From positions 64,001-128,000 of the forward strand of contig CAWHOE010000046.1 in the NCBI GenBank assembly GCA_963830915.1: a stretch of 64,000 bases of DNA, given 5' to 3'. Position numbers and translations under genes: made by a program. This document shows positions 31,113 through 42,542 of this stretch, one piece after another; position 1 is the stretch's first letter, and the number at the start of each line of letters is the position of its first letter. The notes under the pieces are model-generated. The model had not been told where the DNA came from. It saw nothing but the letters and a program-made list of their open reading frames with translations, and did not search any database. The stretch comes from a candidate division FCPU426 bacterium. GTDB taxonomy: Bacteria > Oederibacteriota > Muellerivitia > Muellerivitales > Muellerivitaceae.

Positions 31113-31457
31113 TTACTTGCGGTTAGGGACCATCTTCTTCTCGATCCAACCGGGGACGAAGGAAAACAAAAGAAAGAAAAAGACGCCCAAACCGACAGCG
31201 ATCAGCCCGTTGATCTTCAAGGCTTTCAGCGAATCCAGTCCATAGGCGTTCTCAATGGAATTATAGACGCCCCAGAAAACCCAGATCACCGGACCGATCA
31301 AAGCCCCGATCAAGGCGTTGGACCAAAGCCACGTTTTTTTTGCTTTGGGTGTTTTAGGGCCCAGGAAGAGTGCGGCTGTGATACTGAACAAAGTAACAGC
31401 GGCCGAAAGGCCCAGGATGATCTGGTCCAACTGTTGTTCGGTGAATAGTTCCTTCAT
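31113..31457 (-). CDS. Hypothetical membrane protein (3 TM)
   Basis: Three hydrophobic segments; co-oriented with the operon. Confidence 0.65.
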   Translation of the reverse strand: MKELFTEQQLDQIILGLSAAVTLFSITAALFLGPKTPKAKKTWLWSNALIGALIGPVIWVFWGVYNSIENAYGLDSLKALKINGLIAVGLGVFFFLLFSFVPGWIEKKMVPNRK

Positions 31458-31514
31458 TTTTAAGCCTTTTCAAGTTCGTTGATCAAGGTTCGGCTGTTAC
31501 GACCGGACGTTCTT

Positions 31515-31697
31515 TTAGGAGTTGAAAAAACCTGGAACAGCCCAGAGCAAGACCGAAAGGAACATCAGAATGGTGCCGCCCAGCATGACCAGGGCCCAAA
31601 GGGTATCCTGCGGTTTAGGGGTGGAGTCGGACTTCCAGAGCCCGAGGTTGAAAAGGACATAGCCGACGACGATTCCCACGATCCATCCTGGTGCCAA
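31515..31697 (-). CDS. Small hypothetical membrane protein (2 TM)
   Basis: AAGGAG RBS 6 nt before a TTG start; two hydrophobic helices. Confidence 0.55.
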   Translation of the reverse strand: MAPGWIVGIVVGYVLFNLGLWKSDSTPKPQDTLWALVMLGGTILMFLSVLLWAVPGFFNS

Positions 31698-31715
31698 GGT
31701 CAGCTCCTTCGTTGA

Positions 31716-31979
31716 TTAATTTGCCGCTGGGCAGGGGGCGATTCCCCCGCACCCATTGCAGTCCGGTTTCGGGCCTGCCGCTGGTTTGGCTTCCGGGACC
31801 GGATTCTTGTACTCGTTCTGGTAAAAACCCGAACCCTTCAAAACAAAACCCACGTTCGCTGAAATGAGCCTTTCCACCTTGGTCCCGCAGGTGGGACAAA
31901 GCTTTAAAGCGTCATCCTTAATGGACTGCCAAATCTCGAAAGACCCGCATTTTCCGCATGAATACTCGTAAGTAGGCAT
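31716..31979 (-). CDS. FmdB-family zinc-ribbon protein
   Basis: MPTYEYSCGKCG.FE...CPTCG..VERLIS..GFVLKGSGFY. Confidence 0.9.
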   Translation of the reverse strand: MPTYEYSCGKCGSFEIWQSIKDDALKLCPTCGTKVERLISANVGFVLKGSGFYQNEYKNPVPEAKPAAGPKPDCNGCGGIAPCPAAN

Positions 31980-32087
31980 TGGTGACCTCTCCCCTAACAT
32001 CCAAAACCTTCAGGAATGTACTAAATAATAGGGTTATCCCGATGGGGTGTCAACGCCATCCCCGCCCTCGGAGGCTTAAAAACAATG

Positions 32088-32124
32088 AAAAAGCCCCCGG
32101 TAGTTTCCCGCCGGAGGCTTTTTT
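32088..32124. terminator. Intrinsic (bidirectional-type) terminator downstream of groEL
   Basis: aaaaagcccccgg-loop-ccggaggctttttt: a hairpin flanked by A and T tracts. Confidence 0.8.
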
Positions 32125-32168
32125 AGATTCTTTGCCAAGAACTGCCAGCTGTCGGTTACGGACTGGTT

Positions 32169-33818
<1,650 letters not shown>

Positions 33819-33860
33819 TTAACTCCTTAAGGTTTTGAAATTTCCTAAATCCATGGGTGA

Positions 33861-34151
33861 TTAAGCCTCCACGACTCCGATGACGCTTTCTTCCTTCAAG
33901 ATGACGAATTCTTTCCCGTCGATCTTGATCTCCTCGCCGCCGTACTTCTCGAAAAGAACGACGTCCCCTTCTTTCACTTCCAGCTTCAGGACCTCGCCTT
34001 TCTCATTGACCCGGCCTTTGCCGACCGAGACGACCTTCCCGCGCTGCTGCTTCTCGCGCGCCGCGTCCGGGATGATGATACCCGTCTTGGTCTTCTCTTC
34101 TTCCTCAAGCCGCTCGATCATGATCCGATCGTATAATGGGCGGAATTTCAT
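33861..34151 (-). CDS. groS: Co-chaperonin GroES
   Basis: MKFRPLYDRI...GIIIPD.A.EK...VGKG...KYGGEEIKIDG. GGAGG RBS. Confidence 0.98.
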   Translation of the reverse strand: MKFRPLYDRIMIERLEEEEKTKTGIIIPDAAREKQQRGKVVSVGKGRVNEKGEVLKLEVKEGDVVLFEKYGGEEIKIDGKEFVILKEESVIGVVEA

Positions 34152-34241
34152 TGAACAACCTCCTTTAAAATGATCGCGGCCCCTCACGGGGTCACGATGT
34201 TGAAAAAAACATTCGTGAAATGAGCCGACTGAAAAACGAGA

Positions 34242-34268
34242 TTAGCACTCAATGCTTATGAGTGCTAA
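34242..34268. promoter_or_regulatory. CIRCE operator (HrcA binding site)
   Basis: Perfect TTAGCACTC-N9-GAGTGCTAA upstream of groES. Confidence 0.97.
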
Positions 34269-34277
34269 AGCGGAGGT

Positions 34278-34306
34278 AATATAAGCATATGGTGAAGGTT
34301 GGTCAA
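34278..34306 (-). promoter_or_regulatory. Sigma70-type promoter of groESL
   Basis: Minus strand TTGACC-17 nt-TATATT directly upstream of the CIRCE. Confidence 0.8.
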
Positions 34307-34380
34307 GGGGCGACCGAAGCCGAACCAGGGGCGAATATTGGGAAATAGCGTGAAACGGGACGATCAAAAGACCGGAACTT

Positions 34381-34653
34381 CTACTGAACGGCCTCTTTGA
34401 AGTTCTTGGCGGGCAAGAACTTGGGAGCCTTTTTGGCGGGAACCTGGATGGATTCCCCCGTTTTGGGGTTGCGGGCCAAGCGGGCTTTTTTGTCCTTCAA
34501 TTTGAAAATGCCCAGGCCCGTTATATTGACTTTTTGGCCCGTTTTGATGTTTTCAATGATGTTGTGAATGATGGCGTCCAAGGCTTTTTGAACATCGACC
34601 TTCTTGATCCCGGTCGTTTCGGAAACTTTCGCTACCAATTCATCCTTGGTCAT
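34381..34653 (-). CDS. hup: HU family DNA-binding protein
   Basis: MTKDELVAKVS...GLGIF...ARLARNPKTGESIQVPAKKAPKF. Confidence 0.95.
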   Translation of the reverse strand: MTKDELVAKVSETTGIKKVDVQKALDAIIHNIIENIKTGQKVNITGLGIFKLKDKKARLARNPKTGESIQVPAKKAPKFLPAKNFKEAVQ

Positions 34654-34857
34654 CTCCGCTCCTCCCTTGAGTGAAAAGCCAAAAGCCCCATCGATGATAA
34701 TATAGCTAACAATTATGATGCGGCCTTTTCCTCAAGGCAACAAAAACCCCTGATTAAATATAGCTAATTTCCCTTCCCGAATTTAGCCTTGAAAAATAAG
34801 CGTTTTTCCGGATCCGAAAATAATATTTTTTAGGCGGGAGTTATTTGAAGAAAGGGA

Positions 34858-35733
34858 TCAGCGGTAAATTTCAGGTCTGAAGAAAAATCGCCGCTGGAGG
34901 ACCTGTTTTATTTTCGGGATCAACTTTCTTGTCTCTTTTTCCCCGGTCGCGATCACTTTTTTTCCCGTGCTGAAATCGAAAAGATCGAAGGGACGCAGGT
35001 CCGGTTCAATGATCACATCCGCTTCCTCCCGCCAGAGGGTCTCCTCCACCACGAAGAAGTACCAAACCCTCATCAGGATCTGGAAAACATTGGAAGCCTT
35101 CGGGAAAACCTGGGGATGGCCGAACACATTCACCGCGATGACCACATCCGCGCCTAGACCCTTCAGGGCCTTGACCGGGACGTTCTCGGCCATGCCCCCG
35201 TCCACCAACTGCCGCCCCCCCATCTCGACGGGCGCGTAGATCCCGGGGATGGAGCAGGAAGCCCGAACCGCCTTATTCAGGTTCCCTTTGGTGAAAACCA
35301 CCTCTTCCCCCGTGCAGATATCGGTCGCCACGACCGCCAGGGGTTTCTTCAATTGCTCGAAGGCGGACACATTGAAATATTTCTGGATATATTCCTCGAT
35401 GGGCTTGGAGGAAACCAACCCCTTCCGGGAGGGCCGGAAAGAGAACAACTCGCCCCAACTGGTGTTGACGCCGATCTTTTCCATGCGGGAAAGGGGGGCG
35501 CCGGAGGCGTAACCCGCGGCGATCATGGAACCGGCGCTGGTACCGGCCAAACAATCCACCTGGATGCCGGCCTCCTCCAGGGCCTTCAACACGCCGATCT
35601 GGGCGATCCCATTGGCCACCCCGCCGCAAAGGGCCAACCCCACCTTGTAACGCTCGGGGGAATTGGTTTTGCGAAGCTCGGCAAGCGTTTGATATTCACG
35701 CGGCTGTTTGACGATCCTTTTTCCCATATCCAT
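34858..35733 (-). CDS. Patatin-like phospholipase (RssA/NTE type)
   Basis: GLALCGG...IGVLKAL, AGTSAGS, ASCSIPG, LVDGG. Confidence 0.92.
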   Translation of the reverse strand: MDMGKRIVKQPREYQTLAELRKTNSPERYKVGLALCGGVANGIAQIGVLKALEEAGIQVDCLAGTSAGSMIAAGYASGAPLSRMEKIGVNTSWGELFSFRPSRKGLVSSKPIEEYIQKYFNVSAFEQLKKPLAVVATDICTGEEVVFTKGNLNKAVRASCSIPGIYAPVEMGGRQLVDGGMAENVPVKALKGLGADVVIAVNVFGHPQVFPKASNVFQILMRVWYFFVVEETLWREEADVIIEPDLRPFDLFDFSTGKKVIATGEKETRKLIPKIKQVLQRRFFFRPEIYR

Positions 35734-35767
35734 ACCTCACGACCATTATACACTCACCCGATAGGAC

Positions 35768-36547
35768 TTACTGATCGGAGAACTTGGGCTGCCTTTTCTC
35801 GATGAAGGACATGATCCCCTCCCGCATGTCCGGGGATTCACAGCATTTTCCGAAGCTTTCCAGCTCGATCGCCATTCCCTCTTCCAGTGTCGGCTTTTCC
35901 AGACCCGCCGTCATGGCGCTCATGGCCTGGGCGATGGCGGCGGCCGGTTTGGCCGCGATTTTTTTAGCCAAACCCTGGGCTTGTCGCAAAAGTTCCGCCT
36001 CGGGCGCCACATGGTTCACCAATCCGGCCTCCAGGGCGTCCTGCGGCGATATATTATCGCCCGTCAGTATCCACTCCATCGCCTTGGCCTTACCGACCAG
36101 CCTGGACAAACGCTGGGTCCCTCCAAAACCCGGGATGATCCCCAGATTGATCTCCGGCTGGGCCAGTTTCGCCCGGTCCGAGCAGAGGCGCAAGTGGCAG
36201 GCCATCGCCAGCTCCATCCCGCCTCCCATACAGGCGCCGTTGATCGCGGCCAGGACCGGTTTTTTCATCAGTTCGATCTTCCGGAAAAATTTCTGTCCCT
36301 CCCCCGCAGCCGTCTTACCGTCCTCCACTGACTTAATCTGGGCCATGCGTTTGATGTCCGCCCCCGCGATGAAAACCGGGCCAGTCCCGGTCAGGACGAT
36401 ACATTTCACGTCTTTTTGCCCATTCAGGTCGTCGAATACCGCCTCCAATTCCCGCATCACCTCGGTCGTCAGGACATTCACCGGCGGGTTGTTGATAACG
36501 ACGGTCGCGACTTTTCCATCCATGGTCACATTGATCGATTGGCCCAT
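35768..36547 (-). CDS. Enoyl-CoA hydratase
   Basis: NNPPVNVL, FIAGADI, GGGMELAMAC, QPEINLGIIPGFGGTQRL. Confidence 0.95.
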   Translation of the reverse strand: MGQSINVTMDGKVATVVINNPPVNVLTTEVMRELEAVFDDLNGQKDVKCIVLTGTGPVFIAGADIKRMAQIKSVEDGKTAAGEGQKFFRKIELMKKPVLAAINGACMGGGMELAMACHLRLCSDRAKLAQPEINLGIIPGFGGTQRLSRLVGKAKAMEWILTGDNISPQDALEAGLVNHVAPEAELLRQAQGLAKKIAAKPAAAIAQAMSAMTAGLEKPTLEEGMAIELESFGKCCESPDMREGIMSFIEKRQPKFSDQ

Positions 36548-36557
36548 TTTCCCCTCC

Positions 36558-37772
36558 TCAATAATTGAAAAATCCTTTTTTGGTCTTTTGCCCCAGATAT
36601 TGGGCGGAAACCATCCTCTTCAATAAGGGCGAAGGCCAGAACCTCGGCCCCATCCGCTTCGTGAACTCCTTGAGTTTCTCCAGCACCCCATCCACCCCGA
36701 TCACGTCGGCCAAATGCAAAGGCCCGCCTTTTTCCTGCGGGAACCCGGTACCCGCCAACATGGCCAGGTCAATATCGGAGGGCGACGCCACGTTCTCTTC
36801 CAGGCAGGCGGCGGCCTCGTTGATCATGGGATATAGCAATCGTTCCGGGCTGAATCCGGATTTCACCGCGCCCCCGGCGGCTTTCTGGGCTTTCTCGGTG
36901 ATCGCTTTCAGGTCCGCTTTTTTCCCCTCTTCATAGGTGTAGAACCCGACGCCTGCCTTGACCCCCAGGCATCCGGCTTTTTTCATCTCATCCAATATCT
37001 CCGCCGGCTTCATCCTGGGTCCATAGGAGTCGTAAAGGATCATGGTCACATCCGAACAAACATCCAGGCCCAGCAGGTCCATCAGGGCGAAGGGTCCCTT
37101 GGGCAGGCCGAAGTCGAGCATGGCCTTGTCGATCTCCTCGGCCGTGGCGGAGCCGTCCTGAAGGGCGAACGCCGCCTCGTTCAGATAAGGGAGCAGGAGG
37201 CGGTTCACCAAAAATCCCGCGCATTCCCTCACCCTGACCGGGAACTTGCGGAGGGACTCGGCGAAAGCCACCGTGTCATCCAATGTGTCACGGGAGGTCT
37301 GAAGTCCCGGGATGACCTCCACCAGTTTCATGGCGGGGGCGGGATTGAAGAAGTGCAGACCGATGACCTTATCCGACCTTTTGATCGCCGAGGCGATATG
37401 GGTAATGGAGAGGGCGGAAGTGTTGGTGGCCATGATGGCCGACTCGGGCAGGGCTTTTTCCATCTCGACAAAGACCTGCTGTTTGACCTTCATATTCTCG
37501 AAGACGGCCTCGACCGCCATATCGCAGTCCTTGAAGGCGTCCCAACTGACGCTTCCCGAGACCAGGCTCAGTTTCTGTTCCATCTCGGAGGCGGTCATCT
37601 TCCCCTTGTCCACCCGCCCCTGGTAAAGCTGCCGGACGATCTGCAGACCCTTCTGCACCTTGGCCTCGTCCACATCCTTCAGGACGACCGGCAGTCCGGA
37701 ATAAGAGATCACCTGGGCGATGCCCGCCCCCATGGCCCCAGCCCCTACCACTCCCGCTTTGTAGATGAACAT
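36558..37772 (-). CDS. 3-hydroxyacyl-CoA dehydrogenase (two C-terminal domains)
   Basis: VVGAGAMGAGIA, VEAVFE, TNTSAL, GLHFFNPA, GFLVNRLL. Confidence 0.93.
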   Translation of the reverse strand: MFIYKAGVVGAGAMGAGIAQVISYSGLPVVLKDVDEAKVQKGLQIVRQLYQGRVDKGKMTASEMEQKLSLVSGSVSWDAFKDCDMAVEAVFENMKVKQQVFVEMEKALPESAIMATNTSALSITHIASAIKRSDKVIGLHFFNPAPAMKLVEVIPGLQTSRDTLDDTVAFAESLRKFPVRVRECAGFLVNRLLLPYLNEAAFALQDGSATAEEIDKAMLDFGLPKGPFALMDLLGLDVCSDVTMILYDSYGPRMKPAEILDEMKKAGCLGVKAGVGFYTYEEGKKADLKAITEKAQKAAGGAVKSGFSPERLLYPMINEAAACLEENVASPSDIDLAMLAGTGFPQEKGGPLHLADVIGVDGVLEKLKEFTKRMGPRFWPSPLLKRMVSAQYLGQKTKKGFFNY

Positions 37773-37835
37773 GTCCGTCCCCCTTTAAAGTCCGCAGTCG
37801 ACAGTCGACAGCTCACAGTAAAACCGTCGACTGGT

Positions 37836-39026
37836 TTACTTTCTTTCGAGCACCATCGCTCCGCCGATCCCGCCTCCCACGCACATGGAAATGACGGACA
37901 GGTTCACGTTACGTCGGGCCATTTCCCTTAACGCTGTCAGGATCATGCGGGCGCCGGTCATCCCGACCGGGTGGCCCAGGGCGATGGCTCCCCCGTTCAC
38001 GTTCAATATCTCCCGGTTCATGTTCAGCGCCTTATCCACCGCCAGGACCTGGGCGGCGAAGGCCTCGTTGATCTCGATCAAGCCCATCTCTTTCAATTCC
38101 AGCCCGGCTTTTTTAAGGGCCTTCGGGATGGCCAGGGCCGGCCCAATGCCCATCCGTTCCGGTTCCACCCCGGCGAACGCGTAGGACCGGATGAACCCCA
38201 GGGGCTTGTATCCCAAGGCGTCCGCCTTCTCCTTGGACATGACCAGCATCACGCAGGCCCCGTCGTTGATGCCGCAGGAGTTGCCGGGCGTCACCGTGCC
38301 GTTTTCCTTGAAGACCGTGGGATAAGCCGCCAGGGACTGCTCGTTCAACACCGCGTTGATGCCCTCATCCTGGGAGAATGGCTCGGGGGTGACCGGCTTG
38401 CCCATGACCTTCTTGGGGACCATGACGGGGACGATCTCTTCCTTGAACTTGTTCTCCCTTTGGGCCCGAAAAGCCTTCTTATGGCTCTGGACCGCGTACT
38501 CATCCTGCTCCTTTCGGCCTATCTTGAACTCCTCCGCCAACACCTCGGCGGTCTGGCCCATCACCAGATGGCAGACCGGGTCGGTCAGGCCTTCCATCAG
38601 GCTGTCCACCATCACCGAGTCCCGCATGCGCTTGCCAAAACGCAGGTCCCGGTTGAGGAAAGGGATGCGGCTCATGGATTCGGTCCCGCCCGCCAGTTGC
38701 AGGTCCGCGTCCCCGCACTGGATGTTCTGATAGGCGCTCACCAGCGCCTGCATGCCCGAAGAGCAGTTGCGCTGGACCGTCAGCCCCGTCACTTCCTTCG
38801 GAAGCCCCGCCAGAAGGGCCGATACCCGGGCCACATTGGGGGCGTCGGAGAATTGGCCCACGCATCCCAGGATGACTTCCTCGATATCGGCCGGTTTGAG
38901 GTTGTTGCGTTTGACCAGTTCCTTGATGACCGCTGCTCCCAGGTCCTGGGCCGACACATCCTTCAAGGCCCCGCCCAGCACACCCATGGGCGTCCTGGCC
39001 CCGTCGACGATGACCACTTCTTTCAT
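37836..39026 (-). CDS. Acetyl-CoA C-acyltransferase (thiolase)
   Basis: NCSSG, GGTESMS, NEAFAAQ, GGAIALGHPVG, MCVGGG. Confidence 0.96.
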   Translation of the reverse strand: MKEVVIVDGARTPMGVLGGALKDVSAQDLGAAVIKELVKRNNLKPADIEEVILGCVGQFSDAPNVARVSALLAGLPKEVTGLTVQRNCSSGMQALVSAYQNIQCGDADLQLAGGTESMSRIPFLNRDLRFGKRMRDSVMVDSLMEGLTDPVCHLVMGQTAEVLAEEFKIGRKEQDEYAVQSHKKAFRAQRENKFKEEIVPVMVPKKVMGKPVTPEPFSQDEGINAVLNEQSLAAYPTVFKENGTVTPGNSCGINDGACVMLVMSKEKADALGYKPLGFIRSYAFAGVEPERMGIGPALAIPKALKKAGLELKEMGLIEINEAFAAQVLAVDKALNMNREILNVNGGAIALGHPVGMTGARMILTALREMARRNVNLSVISMCVGGGIGGAMVLERK

Positions 39027-39045
39027 GTTCTCACCTCTAGGATCG

Positions 39046-40722
39046 CTATTTCCTCAGCTTCGCCTTTTCCTCATCCACCAATAGCCGCCTCAACATCTTA
39101 CCCACCATGTTCTTGGGCAAGGATTCCCTGAATTCCACTTCCCTGGGCACTTTGTACTTCGCCAGTTTCCCTTTGCAAAAATCGATCATTTCCTGGGACG
39201 TGGCGGAGACCCCGGGTTTCAGCACCACATAAGCCTTGATCTTATCCACCAGTTTCTCGTCCGGCACCCCGGCCACCACGCAATCCAGCACTTTCTCGTT
39301 CTGGAACAGCACCTCTTCCACATCGCGGGGATAGACGTTCTCGCCCCCGACCTTCACCATGTCCTTCTTGCGGTCCACGATGGCGAAGAAACCGTCCGCG
39401 TCCATGAAACCGATGTCCCCCGTATAAAGCCATCCATCCTTCAGGACCATGGCCGTTTCTCCCGGATGGTTCCAGTACCCTTGCATCACCTGGGGCCCCT
39501 TGACCACGATCTCCCCGATCTCCCCCACGTTCATGTCCTTCAGGCCTGTTTCCGTATCCACGATCTTGGCGTCCGTACCGGGGAACGGCACCCCGATGCA
39601 CCCGATCTTGCGTTTCCCGAAGAAAGGATTGCAGTGGGTGACCGGCGAGGCCTCGGTCAGTCCGTAGCCTTCCACCAGCCTACCGCCCGTCATCGTTTCG
39701 AACTTCACTTGGACTTCCTTATGGAGAGGCCCGGCCCCCGAAAGGCAGGCCTTGATGCTTCGAAGGTCGTATTTCACCGAGCCGGGATAATTGTTGATGG
39801 CGGCGTAGATGGCCTGGACGCCGGGAAAAAGGGAGACCTTGAACTTCTGGACCGCCCGGAGCACCTGTTGCAGGTCGAATTTCGGGAGCAGGATCATTGC
39901 CCCCCCGGAGATCACGGCCCAGTTCATCCCCACGGTCATCCCGTAGCAATGGAAGATCGGCACCGCCATCAGGAAATTCTCCTTTCCCTCCACCATGTCC
40001 GGCAGCCAGGCCCGGCATTGGTAAGCGTTGACCACCAGGTTCCGGTGGCTCAGGATGACACCCTTGGCCACCCCCGTGGTCCCGCCCGTATATTGGAGGA
40101 GAGCGATCTCATCCATGTCCTGGGGAACCTGGACTTGGGTCTGGGAAGCGTTCCCAAGTTCCTTCACGAAGCTTTTAAAGAGCGGATCCTTGGGCCAGGT
40201 CATCCAGGTCTTGTCCTTCAGGGCTTTCAAGGGATAGAACCATTTCAGGGGGATGGAGAAGTAATCGTTGATCCTGGTCAGCCACACCTTTTTCAACCCC
40301 AGGTCCTTGGCCACCTGCCCCAGGAGGGGGGCGAATCGGTCCAGGGAGACAACATATTTAGCCCCCGAATCCTTCAGTTGATGGGCCGTCTCATGGATGG
40401 AGTAGAGGGGGTTGAGCTGGGTCAGGATGGCTCCCGCCCTCAGGGCGCCGTAATAGGCGATGACCGCCGGGGGACAATTGGGCAGGTAAAGCGCCACCCT
40501 TTCCCCGGGCTGGATCCCCTCTTGGATCAGTAGATTGGCGAACCGATCCGCGTCCTCATCCAATTCACGGTAGGTCATTTTGAAACCGAAATAATGGATG
40601 GCGGGAGAATCGGGAAAACGGTCGGCGATCTTTCTTAGAAGTTCGGGAAGGGTCTTAAGGGGATATTCAAACTGTTTCGGAACGCCGTCGTCATACGAAG
40701 ATAGCCACGGCCTTTCCATCAT
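39046..40722 (-). CDS. fadD: Long-chain fatty acid--CoA ligase
   Basis: LQYTGGTTGVAKG, EGYGLTEASP, GWLYTGDIG, DRKKDM, LPKNMVGK. Confidence 0.93.
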   Translation of the reverse strand: MMERPWLSSYDDGVPKQFEYPLKTLPELLRKIADRFPDSPAIHYFGFKMTYRELDEDADRFANLLIQEGIQPGERVALYLPNCPPAVIAYYGALRAGAILTQLNPLYSIHETAHQLKDSGAKYVVSLDRFAPLLGQVAKDLGLKKVWLTRINDYFSIPLKWFYPLKALKDKTWMTWPKDPLFKSFVKELGNASQTQVQVPQDMDEIALLQYTGGTTGVAKGVILSHRNLVVNAYQCRAWLPDMVEGKENFLMAVPIFHCYGMTVGMNWAVISGGAMILLPKFDLQQVLRAVQKFKVSLFPGVQAIYAAINNYPGSVKYDLRSIKACLSGAGPLHKEVQVKFETMTGGRLVEGYGLTEASPVTHCNPFFGKRKIGCIGVPFPGTDAKIVDTETGLKDMNVGEIGEIVVKGPQVMQGYWNHPGETAMVLKDGWLYTGDIGFMDADGFFAIVDRKKDMVKVGGENVYPRDVEEVLFQNEKVLDCVVAGVPDEKLVDKIKAYVVLKPGVSATSQEMIDFCKGKLAKYKVPREVEFRESLPKNMVGKMLRRLLVDEEKAKLRK

Positions 40723-40883
40723 GCTTCCCCTTCGGCATCGGAAATTCCAGCTTTAGCACCAAGTTTATGCTTCCCCCCAAGCGGTGTCAAACCCGCCGGC
40801 ACAAAAAGGATTCGGTCGGACGCCTGTTATTGCGGGGCCGGGATGGTAAAATCGCTCAACATGAAAAGACCCAGGACCCACCC

Positions 40884-42542
40884 TTGACCCCCCTTCTCGT
40901 CGCCATCCTGACCCGTGAGCTGAGGGAACACCTGATCCAGGGAAGGCTTTCCCATATCTCCCAATCGTCCAATGAAACGGTGGATTTTTCCATCTATCAT
41001 CCCGACCGCCCGAACCATTACTTGACCATCGCCCTGGTGCCGACCAAACCCCTGCTTTTCATCGGGTCCGAGAAACGGGGAGCCCTGCCCAAACCGCCCA
41101 ATCTTTGTCGCTCTTTGCGCAAGCATCTGGAATACGCCCAGATCACCGGTATCCACTCCGTCCCGGGGGAAAGGATCATCCAATTCAACCTCAAGACCGC
41201 CGAGGGCAACTTCCGGCTGATCTTCGAGGGTATCCCCAAGTACCCCAATCTGATCCTGGTCGGGCCGGACGGCTTCATCATCAGCGCTTCCCGCTATAAG
41301 AACGAGGTGGAAAGACCGGTCCTTCCCCAGGCGGTCTATTCCCCTCCCCCCCAGCCGATGGACAGACCCAACCTTTGGGACTTGGACCAGGCCCCCTTGA
41401 GGGAGCTCTGGGAGAAAGCCGGAAGGCCGGCCCTGGGACCCTGGCTCAAGGATCATTTCCGCGGGACCGACCCGGAGCTTTCTTCCTATATGGAGAGCCG
41501 GGGGGAGGGGATCTTCACCGAGTGGCCCCTGATAAAGGCCAAGATCCTGGGACCCGGTTGGACCGGGTTCCATTTGTTTCCCGGCCCGCCGCCCTCCCTC
41601 AAGGTCTTTCCGAGCGTCAAGGACCTGGAAAAAACCCACCAGACCTACCCCAACATCCATCCGGCTTTGGAACGCCTATTCGAGCTGGAGTTGGATTTCC
41701 GCCAGTGGTCCTTCGAGAGGCATAAGTTGGAATCGGAGATCGCCAAGGCCGTCAAGCATGAGAAACGCATCCTGGAAAAATTGAAGAAGGACCGGGGCGA
41801 GGCCGAGCGTTCGGACCAGTACCAATGGTGGGGCGAACTGGTCATGGCCCAACTCCACCAGATCCCCCATCATTTGAGACAGATCGATCTGGAGGATGTG
41901 GTCAGGGGCACCGGCCAAACCATCGCCATCCCGCTGGACCCGGAGATCAGTCCCCTGCTGAACGCCCAGCGGTTCTTCAAGAAGGCCCAGAAAGGCTCCC
42001 GGGGGTTGGTCCTGGTGGAAAAAAGGGAGAAGGAGATCAAGGAACGGCTGGAGGCCTTGAAGGCGGCCCAGCGGAGCCTGCCGGCCATCCAACATATCCG
42101 GGAGATCAAGAAAGCCTTCCAGGACCTGTTCCCCCGAAAGCCCGAGGCCGAACTCAAGCCCAAGAAGCCGAAGGAGGATAAGGTCGCCACCCCCAACATT
42201 CTGCGGGAAAAAGTCGATAAGCTGTTCGAGCTTTGCGCCGGGACCTCGGCCGCGGCCAACGAGTACGTCACCTTCCAGCTGGCCCAGCCTGAGGACCTGT
42301 GGTTCCATGTCCGGGACCTGCCAGGTTCCCATGTCATCCTGCGCAGGCTCCACCGCGATATCCAACCGCCCGAGGAGCTCGTCCTTCGGGCCGCCAAACT
42401 CGCCGCCACGCACAGCAAGGCCCAGCCGGGAACTAAGGTCACCGTGAGTTACACCCAGAAGAAGAACATCAAACGCATCCCGGGCGCGCCCATGGGGATG
42501 GTCAGCATGACCAAGGAAAAAAGTTTGGTGGTTGAGATCTAA
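40884..42542 (+). CDS. rqcH: RqcH/Rqc2 (NFACT, FbpA-like) ribosome quality-control protein
   Basis: LRKHLE..ERIIQF, NLILVG, LDPEISPLLNAQRFFKKAQK, DLWFHVRDLPGSHV. TTG start at 40884 is inferred. Confidence 0.88.
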   Translation: MTPLLVAILTRELREHLIQGRLSHISQSSNETVDFSIYHPDRPNHYLTIALVPTKPLLFIGSEKRGALPKPPNLCRSLRKHLEYAQITGIHSVPGERIIQFNLKTAEGNFRLIFEGIPKYPNLILVGPDGFIISASRYKNEVERPVLPQAVYSPPPQPMDRPNLWDLDQAPLRELWEKAGRPALGPWLKDHFRGTDPELSSYMESRGEGIFTEWPLIKAKILGPGWTGFHLFPGPPPSLKVFPSVKDLEKTHQTYPNIHPALERLFELELDFRQWSFERHKLESEIAKAVKHEKRILEKLKKDRGEAERSDQYQWWGELVMAQLHQIPHHLRQIDLEDVVRGTGQTIAIPLDPEISPLLNAQRFFKKAQKGSRGLVLVEKREKEIKERLEALKAAQRSLPAIQHIREIKKAFQDLFPRKPEAELKPKKPKEDKVATPNILREKVDKLFELCAGTSAAANEYVTFQLAQPEDLWFHVRDLPGSHVILRRLHRDIQPPEELVLRAAKLAATHSKAQPGTKVTVSYTQKKNIKRIPGAPMGMVSMTKEKSLVVEI

